Positions 16,981 to 24,051 of a stretch of DNA of 32,000 nt are shown one piece after another. The DNA is from Suttonella indologenes (GTDB lineage: Bacteria > Pseudomonadota > Gammaproteobacteria > Cardiobacteriales > Cardiobacteriaceae). The notes below the pieces were generated by a model. That model was not told where the DNA came from. It did no database searches and was given only the letters and a program-made list of their open reading frames with translations. How positions within the stretch are numbered: the first letter of the stretch is position 1; the number at the start of each line of letters is the position of its first letter. The translations under genes were made by a program, and so were the position numbers. The stretch spans positions 494,760-526,759 of the forward strand of contig NZ_UHIA01000003.1 of assembly GCF_900460215.1 (NCBI RefSeq), in the 5' to 3' direction.

Positions 16981-17232
16981 ATGAAATCGATTTATTTTAT
17001 TATTTTTTCTTTTTTATTAACTGCTTGCGTGGTTAATAATGATGATTATTTTGCTGAACCGCCTACACCATACTTAATTAACGAACACGGTTTTTATATG
17101 AATAAAAAAGGTGATTTAATTAGAGATAGTCACGGTAACGCAATTAAAATGACAGAAGAAAATAAACACAATTTCCCCAAAGAATCCGCTAATCCTTATT
17201 ACGAAAAATGGATAAAACAAAAACGAAAATAA
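16981..17232 (+). CDS. 83-aa predicted lipoprotein whose mature part is homologous to the C-terminal extension of the adjacent hydrolase-like toxin
   Basis: Strong AGGAG lies 8 nt upstream. Lipobox FLLTAC. YFAEPPTPYLINEHGFYMNKKGDLIRDSHGNAIKMTEENK matches the toxin tail YFAEKPTPYLVNEHGFYMDKNGDLIKDNSGNPIKMTEENK (16243-16360). Confidence 0.65.
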   Translation: MKSIYFIIFSFLLTACVVNNDDYFAEPPTPYLINEHGFYMNKKGDLIRDSHGNAIKMTEENKHNFPKESANPYYEKWIKQKRK

Positions 17233-17240
17233 ATAACAAA

Positions 17241-17274
17241 GCAAACATAGTGTAGGCAACTTGTTGCCCACGCG
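17241..17274. repeat. REP copy with a degenerate 5' arm
   Basis: gcaaacatagtgtaggcaacttgttgcccacgcg has four substitutions of G in the left arm relative to 12967-13000. It is followed by the same ttaatgataac plus DUS plus cdiA 5' leader. Confidence 0.7.
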
Positions 17275-17289
17275 TTAATGATAACTTTC

Positions 17290-17301
17290 AGGCAGCCTGA
17301 A
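17290..17301 (+). repeat. DNA uptake sequence
   Basis: Exact 12-mer; a copy of 13016-13027. Confidence 0.8.
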
Positions 17302-17330
17302 AGCCTAAAACCACAAGGAAAGCTCCAAAA

Positions 17331-17372
17331 ATGAACAACCGCTTACACAAAGTCATCTTCAACCGCAACACA
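17331..17372 (+). pseudogene. second cdiA 5' stub (first 14 codons of the ESPR)
   Basis: atgaacaaccgcttacacaaagtcatcttcaaccgcaacaca (MNNRLHKVIFNRNT) is identical to 13057-13098 and ends at REP 17373. Confidence 0.8.
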
Positions 17373-17531
17373 GCAAGCGTAGGGTGGGCAACTTGTTGCC
17401 CACGCAGTTCAATCAGATACACATAAAATGATGTTTTAATGTGAAATATTTGATTTCAGGCTGCCTGAAAAATAAAATGATGTGGTGTGCATCAAACCGC
17501 GTGGGCAACAAGTTGCCCACCCTACGCTTGC
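17373..17531. repeat. NIME/MITE-like unit: inverted REP pair (17373-17405 and 17498-17531) flanking a DUS
   Basis: Same terminal repeats as 7701-7890 but a different interior. The central tttcaggctgcctgaaa lies at 17454-17470. The right REP abuts the next cdiA cassette to the base. Confidence 0.8.
17455..17466 (-). repeat. DNA uptake sequence (minus strand) inside the REP-flanked unit
   Basis: ttcaggctgcct within tttcaggctgcctgaaa. Confidence 0.8.
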
Positions 17532-20500
17532 TAGACCGAATAGCAGGTATTTACATCACGGGCACAGAAAAAGGTGTTTTAGCAGCACAAGCTGGTAAGG
17601 ACATCAACATCATTGCCAGTCAAATCAGCAATCAATCAGAGCAAGGACAAACCCAGCTGCAAGCAGGGCGCAACATCAATCTGGATACCGTACAAACCGG
17701 CAAACATCAAGAAACCCATTTTGATGCTGATAACCATGTTATTCGCGGTTCAACTAACGAAATTGGTAGCAATATTCAAACGCAAGGTGATGTTACCCTG
17801 TTAGCAGGCAACAACCTCAATGCCAAAGCTGCCCAAGTCAGCAGCGCAAACGGTACACTCGCTGTGTCTGCCAAAAATGACATCAACATCAGCGCAGGCA
17901 TCAATACGACCCATGTTGATGATGCGTCCAAACACAAAGGCAGAAGTGGCGGTGGCAATAAATTGGTTATTACCGACAAAGCCCAGAGCCACAACGAAAC
18001 CGCTCAAAGCAGCACTTTTGACGGCAAACAAGTTGTATTGCAGGCAGGAAACGACGCCAACATAAAGGGCAGCAATGTCATTTCTGACAGTGGCACCCAT
18101 ATCCAAGCAGGCAATCATGTTCACATTGGCACAACCCTAACCCATAATCAAAGCGAAACCTATCATCAAACCAAAAAATCAGGATTGATGAGTGCAGGTA
18201 TCGGCTTCACGATTGGCAGCAAGACAAACACACAAGAAAACCAATCCCAAAGCACCGAACATACAGGCAGCACCATAGGCAGCATCAAAGGCGATACCGC
18301 CATTATGGCAGGTAAACACTATCAACAAATCGGCAGTACCGTTTCCAGCCCGGAAGGCAACAACACCATCCATGCCCAAAGCATAGACATTCAAGCAGCA
18401 CACAACCAATTAAACAGCAATACCACCCAAACCTATGAACAAAAAGGCTTAACGGTGGCATTCAGTTCGCCCGTTACCGATTTGGCACAACAAGCTATTG
18501 CCGTCGCACAAAGCAGCAAACAAGTCGGACAAAGCAAAAATGGTCGTGTCAATGCCATGGCAGCTGCCAATGCAGGCTGGCAAGCCTATCAAACAGGTAA
18601 GAGTGCACAAAACTTAGCCAACGGGACAACCAATGCCAACCAAGTCAGCATCTCCATTACCTATGGCGAGCAAAAAAACCAACAAACCACCCAAATTCAA
18701 GCAAGCCAAGCCCAAGCAAGTCAAATTCAAGCAGGCGGTAAAACCACATTAATCGCCGCAGGTGCAGCAGAACAATCCAACATCAACATAACAGGTTCAG
18801 ATGTAGCGGGTAAAGCAGGTACCACCCTGATTGCCGATAACAACATCACACTCCAATCCGCCGAACAAAGCAGCAGAGAACGCAGCAACAACAAAAGCAG
18901 CGGCTGGAATGCAGGTGTCGCCGTATCATTCGGACAAGGAGGCTGGTCATTAGGCATTACCGCAGGTGGCAATGTCGGCAAAGGCTACGGCAATGGCGAC
19001 AGCGTAACACACCACCATAGCCATATTGGCGACAAAGGCAGCCAAACCATTATCCAAAGCGGTGGCGATACCACACTAAAAGGCGCGCAAGTCATCGGCA
19101 AAGGCGTACAAGTTCATGCCAAAAACCTAAGTATTCAAAGCGTACAAGATAGCGAAACCTATCAAAGCAAACAACAAAACGCCAGTGCCCAAGTGACCGT
19201 AGGCTACGGCTTCAGTGCCGGCGGCAATTACAGCCAAAGCAAAATCAACGCCGACCACGCTTCCGTCACCGAACAAAGCGGTATTTATGCCGGAGAAGAC
19301 GGTTATCAAATCAATGTGCAGAACCACACCGATTTGAAAGGCGGTTTGATTACTTCCACCCAAAAATCGGAAGACGATGGCAAAAACCGTTTTACAACGG
19401 GTACGCTCACCTTTGAAGACTTGGCGAATAAGTCGGAATATTCGGGCAGTTCGTTTGGCGTTGGTTTAAGCGGCTCAATGGGCGGCGGTGAGAGTATGCC
19501 CAAAGAAATTGGCGGACAAAAACTGATGACTTTGGGTAGCAATAAAACTTTTGACCTAACCGAACCTGATGGCACGCCGACTGGCGAAAGCAAAACCGTT
19601 GCTATGGGTTCGCTGAAAACTCAAACAGGTATCGGACACGACAGTGAAAGCCAGCATTCAGTAACACATTCAGGCATTAACACCGCCAATATTGTGATTG
19701 CTGATGAGAATAAGCAAAAAGAACTCACAGGCAAAACTGCCGATGAAACAATCGGTGCAATCAAAACCGATGTAACTGTGGAAAACTACGCAGAGCATAT
19801 AGGCAGCCTGAAAAATAACTTCGACAAAGAAAAAGTTTTGAAAGAACTGAACATTCAAGTCGAAGTTACCAAAGATTTCAGCGAAAACGCCAAAGCCACG
19901 ATTGCCCAAGTTTATGAACCCAAGCAAGCGAAATTGCGAGAAGAAATCAAAGAATTGGAGAAGAAAAAAGACTTTTCTGACCCTAATTCAAAAGAATGGG
20001 AAATTTATCAGGCGGAACAAGATAAACTTTATGACAAAATTTATAACCTGCAATATCAAAAACGGATTTTGGAAACCGTTGTTGGTATTGTGGCGTTAGA
20101 CCCTGATACGGCGATTACGCAGGGCTTATTGCAAGGCGTTGCTACAAAATTACGCCGAGAAACTTTGGATAATTCACGCAAATTTCCTGGCATTGTCGAT
20201 AAAAACGGCAAAGTCTTATTAAGCAATGTTTCTTACGATAGCGATTACTTTGACGGCGTGAAGTTGGGCGGTGTTCGAGTTGATTTAGATGTTATTTGTG
20301 GTGATACGAGATGTGTAAAAAACCCAAATGGAACATTAACCTATGTAGGTGATGAGAAGTTTCCAAAATTTGAAAATGTTATAAGTCCGACTGATAATCC
20401 AGACGGATTTAAAAAGATTTCTGGTGCAACTGGTGGTATTCAAGGAAAAAAAGGAACATTTTTCGGTGAATATAATATTGGAAGCATGAGAGATACAGTC

Positions 20501-20725
20501 GTAGAAGGTTTTGCTGGCACTCATGATTATATTGGCGGTCAAATGTGGGGCTTTTATGACAAAGACGGTAATACTACGCCAGGTCGAGATACATACAATA
20601 AAAAAGATGAATATTGGTCAAGTAAAATTACCGTTGCAGCAATTCCAGTTGCCGCTCCGTTTGCCATTAGCGATATAGTCGATAGCGACTTTATACAGGC
20701 AATTATGAAAATAAGCGGTCATTAA
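17531..20725 (+). CDS. cdiA: 5'-truncated cdiA copy (silent cassette) with unclassified C-terminal toxin ending in a hydrophobic tail
   Basis: Homology to cdiA starts at 17531 (= cdiA 1895, offset 15636) and is near-identical to about 19445. The junction is IGSLKNNFDKEKVLKELNIQVEVTKDF. The unique C-terminus includes GGIQGKKGTFFGEYNIGSMRDTVVEGFAGTHDYIGG and ITVAAIPVAAPFAISDIVDSDFIQAIMKISGH*. The ORF-track frame stays open back to GTG 17441 only because it reads through the REP. Confidence 0.85.
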   Translation, partial: LDRIAGIYITGTEKGVLAAQAGKDINIIASQISNQSEQGQTQLQAGRNINLDTVQTGKHQETHFDADNHVIRGSTNEIGSNIQTQGDVTLLAGNNLNAKAAQVSSANGTLAVSAKNDINISAGINTTHVDDASKHKGRSGGGNKLVITDKAQSHNETAQSSTFDGKQVVLQAGNDANIKGSNVISDSGTHIQAGNHVHIGTTLTHNQSETYHQTKKSGLMSAGIGFTIGSKTNTQENQSQSTEHTGSTIGSIKGDTAIMAGKHYQQIGSTVSSPEGNNTIHAQSIDIQAAHNQLNSNTTQTYEQKGLTVAFSSPVTDLAQQAIAVAQSSKQVGQSKNGRVNAMAAANAGWQAYQTGKSAQNLANGTTNANQVSISITYGEQKNQQTTQIQASQAQASQIQAGGKTTLIAAGAAEQSNINITGSDVAGKAGTTLIADNNITLQSAEQSSRERSNNKSSGWNAGVAVSFGQGGWSLGITAGGNVGKGYGNGDSVTHHHSHIGDKGSQTIIQSGGDTTLKGAQVIGKGVQVHAKNLSIQSVQDSETYQSKQQNASAQVTVGYGFSAGGNYSQSKINADHASVTEQSGIYAGEDGYQINVQNHTDLKGGLITSTQKSEDDGKNRFTTGTLTFEDLANKSEYSGSSFGVGLSGSMGGGESMPKEIGGQKLMTLGSNKTFDLTEPDGTPTGESKTVAMGSLKTQTGIGHDSESQHSVTHSGINTANIVIADENKQKELTGKTADETIGAIKTDVTVENYAEHIGSLKNNFDKEKVLKELNIQVEVTKDFSENAKATIAQVYEPKQAKLREEIKELEKKKDFSDPNSKEWEIYQAEQDKLYDKIYNLQYQKRILETVVGIVALDPDTAITQGLLQGVATKLRRETLDNSRKFPGIVDKNGKVLLSNVSYDSDYFDGVKLGGVRVDLDVICGDTRCVKNPNGTLTYVGDEKFPKFENVISPTDNPDGFKKISGATGGIQGKKGTFFGEYNIGSMRDTVVEGFAGTHDYIGGQMWGFYDKDGNTTPGRDTYNKKDEYWSSKITVAAIPVAAPFAISDIVDSDFIQAIMKISGH
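19801..19812 (+). repeat. DNA uptake sequence at the constant/variable junction of the third large cdiA copy
   Basis: Exact 12-mer encoding GSLK of IGSLKNNFDKEKV. Confidence 0.85.
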
Positions 20726-20735
20726 GGTTTAGCTT

Positions 20736-21173
20736 ATGTATCGATTATTATCAACAGCCCTTGTATTGTTGATAATGCAGGGCTGTTATTACACAACTAT
20801 TGATAATGAAAAATGCTTTGTTGCCCCACAAAGCGTTCATTGTCCTGTAAGTTCTGATATTGAAAATGTTATTAGAAAAAATCCTAATAAAAGCATAAAT
20901 CAAGTTAGGAGTGATATTAAATATTGTGCTAATATGTATTTTTCCAATATACGGGAATTAAATATTCCGCAAGATTTTGATAATTACATTTTCATACTTA
21001 AAGAAAAAGGTATTCCAAGAAATGATAAGGAATTGGCTTATAATGCAGTTAGAAATATGCACATTATTTGTTTGAGTTCTTTGGGTGGTTATGATTATTA
21101 TCAAAAAACCGCAGAATTTCAGAAAATAGATTATAAAAAAGAAATGGAGAAATTGTTAAATAAAAACCATTAA
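20736..21173 (+). CDS. cdiI: predicted lipoprotein, putative cognate immunity for the 20725 toxin
   Basis: Starts 10 nt after the toxin stop. Signal peptide with Cys (LLIMQGC). Cys-containing and AT-rich. Loosely resembles families A/B (VRSDIKYC, CLSSLGGYDY). Confidence 0.65.
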   Translation: MYRLLSTALVLLIMQGCYYTTIDNEKCFVAPQSVHCPVSSDIENVIRKNPNKSINQVRSDIKYCANMYFSNIRELNIPQDFDNYIFILKEKGIPRNDKELAYNAVRNMHIICLSSLGGYDYYQKTAEFQKIDYKKEMEKLLNKNH

Positions 21174-21174
21174 A

Positions 21175-21240
21175 TTTGCTATTGCCGATATAGTTGATAG
21201 CGACTTTATCCAAGCAATTATGAAAATTAGTGGTCATTGA
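21175..21240 (+). pseudogene. toxin-tail scar
   Basis: FAIADIVDSDFIQAIMKISGH* is homologous to the last ~21 codons of the 20725 toxin. It lies directly after the immunity gene stop. Confidence 0.8.
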
Positions 21241-21241
21241 T

Positions 21242-21634
21242 ATGGACATAATTTTTTTTCGTTGGAATGTAATCATTTTTTCAATGATTACACTATGTTC
21301 TTGTGAAAGTTGCGGACCAATGCCAGTAGTCTCGTGTTCAAAATATGTGGGTTCTGACTTGGAAATGTTTAGCCATAATGAGAAAAATGAAATAGAAAAA
21401 AGAAAGGATTTTGAAAGTTGTATTGCACAATCTGTATGTCCTTATGAAATTAAAAATGGTAATTTATTAGATGATACTGGTCATTTTGCACAGTATGTTG
21501 ATGAAAGACAAAAACTTAATTATAGAAAAACAAAAAAATATGATGATGCAATGAATAATTGCGTGCAATCTGTTTATAATTGTATGGTAGAAAATAAAGG
21601 ATATAAGTGTTGTTTTTTGGATAAAGGTTATTAG
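21242..21634 (+). CDS. small Cys-rich predicted lipoprotein, family B (intact copy)
   Basis: The ATG lies 1 nt after the scar stop. MDIIFFRWNVIIFSMITLCSC. Motifs RKDFESCIAQSVCPYEI and NCMVENKGYKCC. A T8 run at 21252-21259 lies in codons 4-6. 21320-21735 repeats 13885-14300. Confidence 0.7.
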   Translation: MDIIFFRWNVIIFSMITLCSCESCGPMPVVSCSKYVGSDLEMFSHNEKNEIEKRKDFESCIAQSVCPYEIKNGNLLDDTGHFAQYVDERQKLNYRKTKKYDDAMNNCVQSVYNCMVENKGYKCCFLDKGY

Positions 21635-21644
21635 ATTAACAGTT

Positions 21645-22031
21645 ATGTTTGTGCGTTGTTTTAAAGTTGTCATTATTGTTTTTATAATGGTAATGACAAC
21701 TTCTTGTAATCCTTGTTTATTTGCAGTAACCAGTTGCACTCCGAAAGGATATACACACCATAAAGGATATGATGTTGATTTTTATATTAAAAACAATGTA
21801 GATGATAAAACAAAAATTGAAGACATTCGATACTGTCTTTCTATCTCCTGTCCAGAAGAAATAAAAAAATATAATTTTCCAAATGAAAAGGGAAACTATA
21901 TACAAGAAATTAGAAAAATATTGAATAATTCACCTGTTGCTAACAATTGTTTAAGAAATAGTTATTTTTGTATGGAAAATAAAGGATATTCAAAAAGACC
22001 ATTGGTAACGAAAGATAAAGATTATGAATAA
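21645..22031 (+). CDS. small Cys-rich predicted lipoprotein, family A (intact copy)
   Basis: MFVRCFKVVIIVFIMVMTTSCNPC. Motifs KIEDIRYCLSISCPEEI and FCMENKGY. Confidence 0.7.
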   Translation: MFVRCFKVVIIVFIMVMTTSCNPCLFAVTSCTPKGYTHHKGYDVDFYIKNNVDDKTKIEDIRYCLSISCPEEIKKYNFPNEKGNYIQEIRKILNNSPVANNCLRNSYFCMENKGYSKRPLVTKDKDYE

Positions 22032-22044
22032 GTTAGTAAAATCT

Positions 22045-22170
22045 AAAAATGATGAAACTATTTCCGACAAGGTAACTGCTGTCGCCATTCCTGTCGCTGC
22101 ACCGTTTGCTATTGCTGATATAGTCGATCATGATTTTATCCAAGCAATTATGAAAATTAGTGGTCATTGA
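22045..22170 (+). pseudogene. toxin-tail scar (longer, ~41 codons)
   Basis: KNDETISDKVTAVAIPVAAPFAIADIVDHDFIQAIMKISGH* aligns with KDEYWSSKITVAAIPVAAPFAISDIVDSDFIQAIMKISGH* of the 20725 toxin. Confidence 0.8.
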
Positions 22171-22171
22171 T

Positions 22172-22196
22172 ATGGACATAATTTTTTTTCGTTGGA
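22172..22196 (+). pseudogene. stub of the first ~8 codons of a family-B lipoprotein gene, cut by a REP palindrome
   Basis: atggacataattttttttcgttgga is identical to 21242-21266; the REP begins immediately after it. Confidence 0.7.
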
Positions 22197-22236
22197 GCAA
22201 GGTAGGGTGGGCAACAAGTTGCCCACCCTACCTTGC
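22197..22236. repeat. 40-bp REP palindrome with perfect 19-bp arms around an AA centre (both arms full length)
   Basis: gcaaggtagggtgggcaac aa gttgcccaccctaccttgc. Confidence 0.85.
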
Positions 22237-22470
22237 TATTCACACAGCAGTTATTTTGCGGAAGTGCCTGAACAGTATCAAAGGGATGAAAATGGAAATG
22301 TTGTTGAGAAAAATGGCGAACCTGTTTTAACGGAAGCTTGGAAAGATTATACGGAAAAGTGGGGAGTTCCTAAAATGGGTAATGATGGGAAATATATCAA
22401 TCATGCAGTTCCCAAGTTAGTAGTTCCCAATAAACCAAATGGAGAAAAATATGAAGAAAAACATTTCTAA
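22237..22470 (+). pseudogene. C-terminal fragment of a second hydrolase-like toxin variant
   Basis: YSHSSYFAEVPEQYQRDENGNVVEKNGEPVLTEAWKDY is homologous to LYSHSSYFAEKPTPYLVNEHGFYMDKNGDLIKDNSG of the 16508 toxin. It starts at the REP edge. ORF 22192 is open only by reading through the REP. Confidence 0.75.
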
Positions 22471-22762
22471 TCTAATGTTAATATTATTTTGCTCAATAAT
22501 CCTTTCTAGTTGCTTTTTTGGCAGTTGTGCAAATTGGAATTGCTCCAAACTTAATCCACGCTGGGTAAAAGCAGTTGATACATGCACAACTGAAAATCGC
22601 ACCTTTGTTTTGCATGAATTAGGCAACCAATTAGGATATAAATCTATTACCGAAGTCTCATTTAGTGAAATTGGGCAACATATTTCTTCTCAATGTATTT
22701 ACCATAGCGGTAAATATGATATTCATAAAGATAAACAGTATGGGCATTTGTTTGCAAAATGA
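22451..22762 (+). CDS. predicted lipoprotein, putative orphan immunity for the truncated hydrolase-like toxin
   Basis: GGAG lies 6 nt upstream of ATG 22451. MKKNISNLMLILFCSIILSSC lipobox. The gene overlaps the end of the toxin fragment. Cys-rich. Confidence 0.65.
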   Translation: MKKNISNLMLILFCSIILSSCFFGSCANWNCSKLNPRWVKAVDTCTTENRTFVLHELGNQLGYKSITEVSFSEIGQHISSQCIYHSGKYDIHKDKQYGHLFAK

Positions 22763-22861
22763 TTACGCCGATGTGTTATAGCCAGCGTAGCCTGTGCAAT
22801 TAACACAAAATGGTAAATGGTAGATACTATCTTCCCAGTCAAGCCTATATTGTAAAAAAAT

Positions 22862-23860
22862 TCACACAGTTTGGGCTTGATAAACGGTTTGATGTTTAAG
22901 TACACCAAAACAAATGTGTACCAATCGGCGCATACTCGCCCCAATCGCTTGCATTTTTGTTTTACCACGCGCCAACAAGCGCTCATAATGGGCTTGAATA
23001 TCAGGATTGTAACGCTTGGCAACAATGGCTGGCATATACAGTAAAGCCCGCATTCTGCTGTTGCCACGTTTGCTCAACATGACTTTGCCTTTGAATTGAC
23101 CCGATTGTTTTTCTTTGGGAATTAAGCCCCAAAAGACTGCCATTTGTGCTGCGCCGGTAAATTGTCGGCTGCGGTACAATACCGCCATATCTAAGGCAGT
23201 TGCTTTACCCACAGCAGGAATACTTTGCAATAGCTTAATATCGTTTTTTAAATCAGGGTGTTGGTCAATGTGATTATCCACATCGTTTTGCAAGTCGGCA
23301 ATATTTTGTTCCAAAGCCGCAATCATTTGGTTCAATGACAACAACACTTTCTCGGGTGTATTGGCGATTTGGGCTGAATGTAAGCGATTATTTTCACGTT
23401 GTAAATCGGCTTTCAAAGCGTCCAAACGAGCCAATTTGGCTTTAAGCTGGCGAATGTGGGTCGCTTCAGGCTGCCACAGTTCAATATCTATGGTGGGCGT
23501 TGCACCGTATAAGGCAATCACTTTGCTGTCGCTTTTGTCAGTTTTGTGCACCGTACCCAGAGATTTGGCAAAATCAAGGATGTACTTGGGATTAACGATG
23601 CTGACTTTGATGCCTTTATCGTGTAAAAAATATGCCAACAACTCGTGATAAACGCCTGTTGCTTCCATAATCACATGAACGGTAGATAAATCAGTGGTGA
23701 TGTTTTTCTCAATCCATTCAATGAATTTCAGGCAGCCATCGGGATTGTTGTCCAAAATTTTGCTGCGGATGCTGCGTTTGCGGATGTCTTTAAGGTAGGC
23801 AATGTCCCATTTTTGTTGAGAAACATCAACGCCTATGATATGTTGAATGCTGTCCACCAT
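22862..23860 (-). CDS. IS110-family transposase/recombinase (DEDD N-terminal domain plus IS116/IS110/IS902 C-terminal domain)
   Basis: IIGVDVSQQKWDIA..., VIMEATGVYHELLAYFL..KGIKVSIVNP, KTDKSDSKVIA, and C-terminal LQSIPAVGKATALDM...KGKVMLSKRGNSRMRALLYMPA are family hallmarks. An aaggaaag RBS is present. Confidence 0.9.
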   Translation of the reverse strand: MVDSIQHIIGVDVSQQKWDIAYLKDIRKRSIRSKILDNNPDGCLKFIEWIEKNITTDLSTVHVIMEATGVYHELLAYFLHDKGIKVSIVNPKYILDFAKSLGTVHKTDKSDSKVIALYGATPTIDIELWQPEATHIRQLKAKLARLDALKADLQRENNRLHSAQIANTPEKVLLSLNQMIAALEQNIADLQNDVDNHIDQHPDLKNDIKLLQSIPAVGKATALDMAVLYRSRQFTGAAQMAVFWGLIPKEKQSGQFKGKVMLSKRGNSRMRALLYMPAIVAKRYNPDIQAHYERLLARGKTKMQAIGASMRRLVHICFGVLKHQTVYQAQTV

Positions 23861-24045
23861 GGTGTCTTTCCTTGTTCATGCAGTGTCTGCGAGCCAAATC
23901 GCGCACTTGGATACTATTCAGATTAAACTGATGGGAAACAGAGCAGGTTCATCTACGTTACAGCGTCATTGCGCTTAGGTTGGACTCAATTTCCTGCTCT
24001 GTTTGGTTTTTGTGTGCATAATACGTTTTTATCCACACATTTGGA
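23861..24045 (-). ncRNA. candidate IS110 bridge (guide) RNA in the 5' non-coding end
   Basis: The position matches IS110-group elements, whose non-coding end upstream of the recombinase gene encodes a structured RNA. A 12-bp stem aaacagagcagg (23936-23947) / cctgctctgttt (23993-24004) encloses a 45-nt loop with an inner agcg/cgct helix. Structure and expression are unverified. Confidence 0.3.
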
Positions 24046-24051
24046 AAGATA

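Larger units (their letters stand above)
22790..24045 (-). mobile_element. IS110-family insertion sequence (ends approximate; no terminal inverted repeats, as usual for this family)
   Basis: Single DEDD-type transposase gene with about 190 nt of structured non-coding DNA 5' of it. A degenerate REP abuts the right side at 24052. The boundaries are not determinable from one copy. Confidence 0.5.

Noticed and set aside
17441-17530. GTG start at 17441 extending the third large cdiA cassette by 30 codons; similarly TTG 22192 for the toxin fragment.
   Set aside because: The extension is a translation of the REP-flanked unit (RVGNKLPTLRL). There is no RBS. Homology to cdiA begins only at 17531 (and at 22237). 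An in-frame GTG inside the REP was noted but not considered evidence of expression.
22723-23067. 114-aa minus-strand ORF overlapping the 3' end of the IS110 transposase gene, and the plus-strand ORF 23361-23648.
   Set aside because: They overlap a well-supported transposase CDS in other frames and have no family features.
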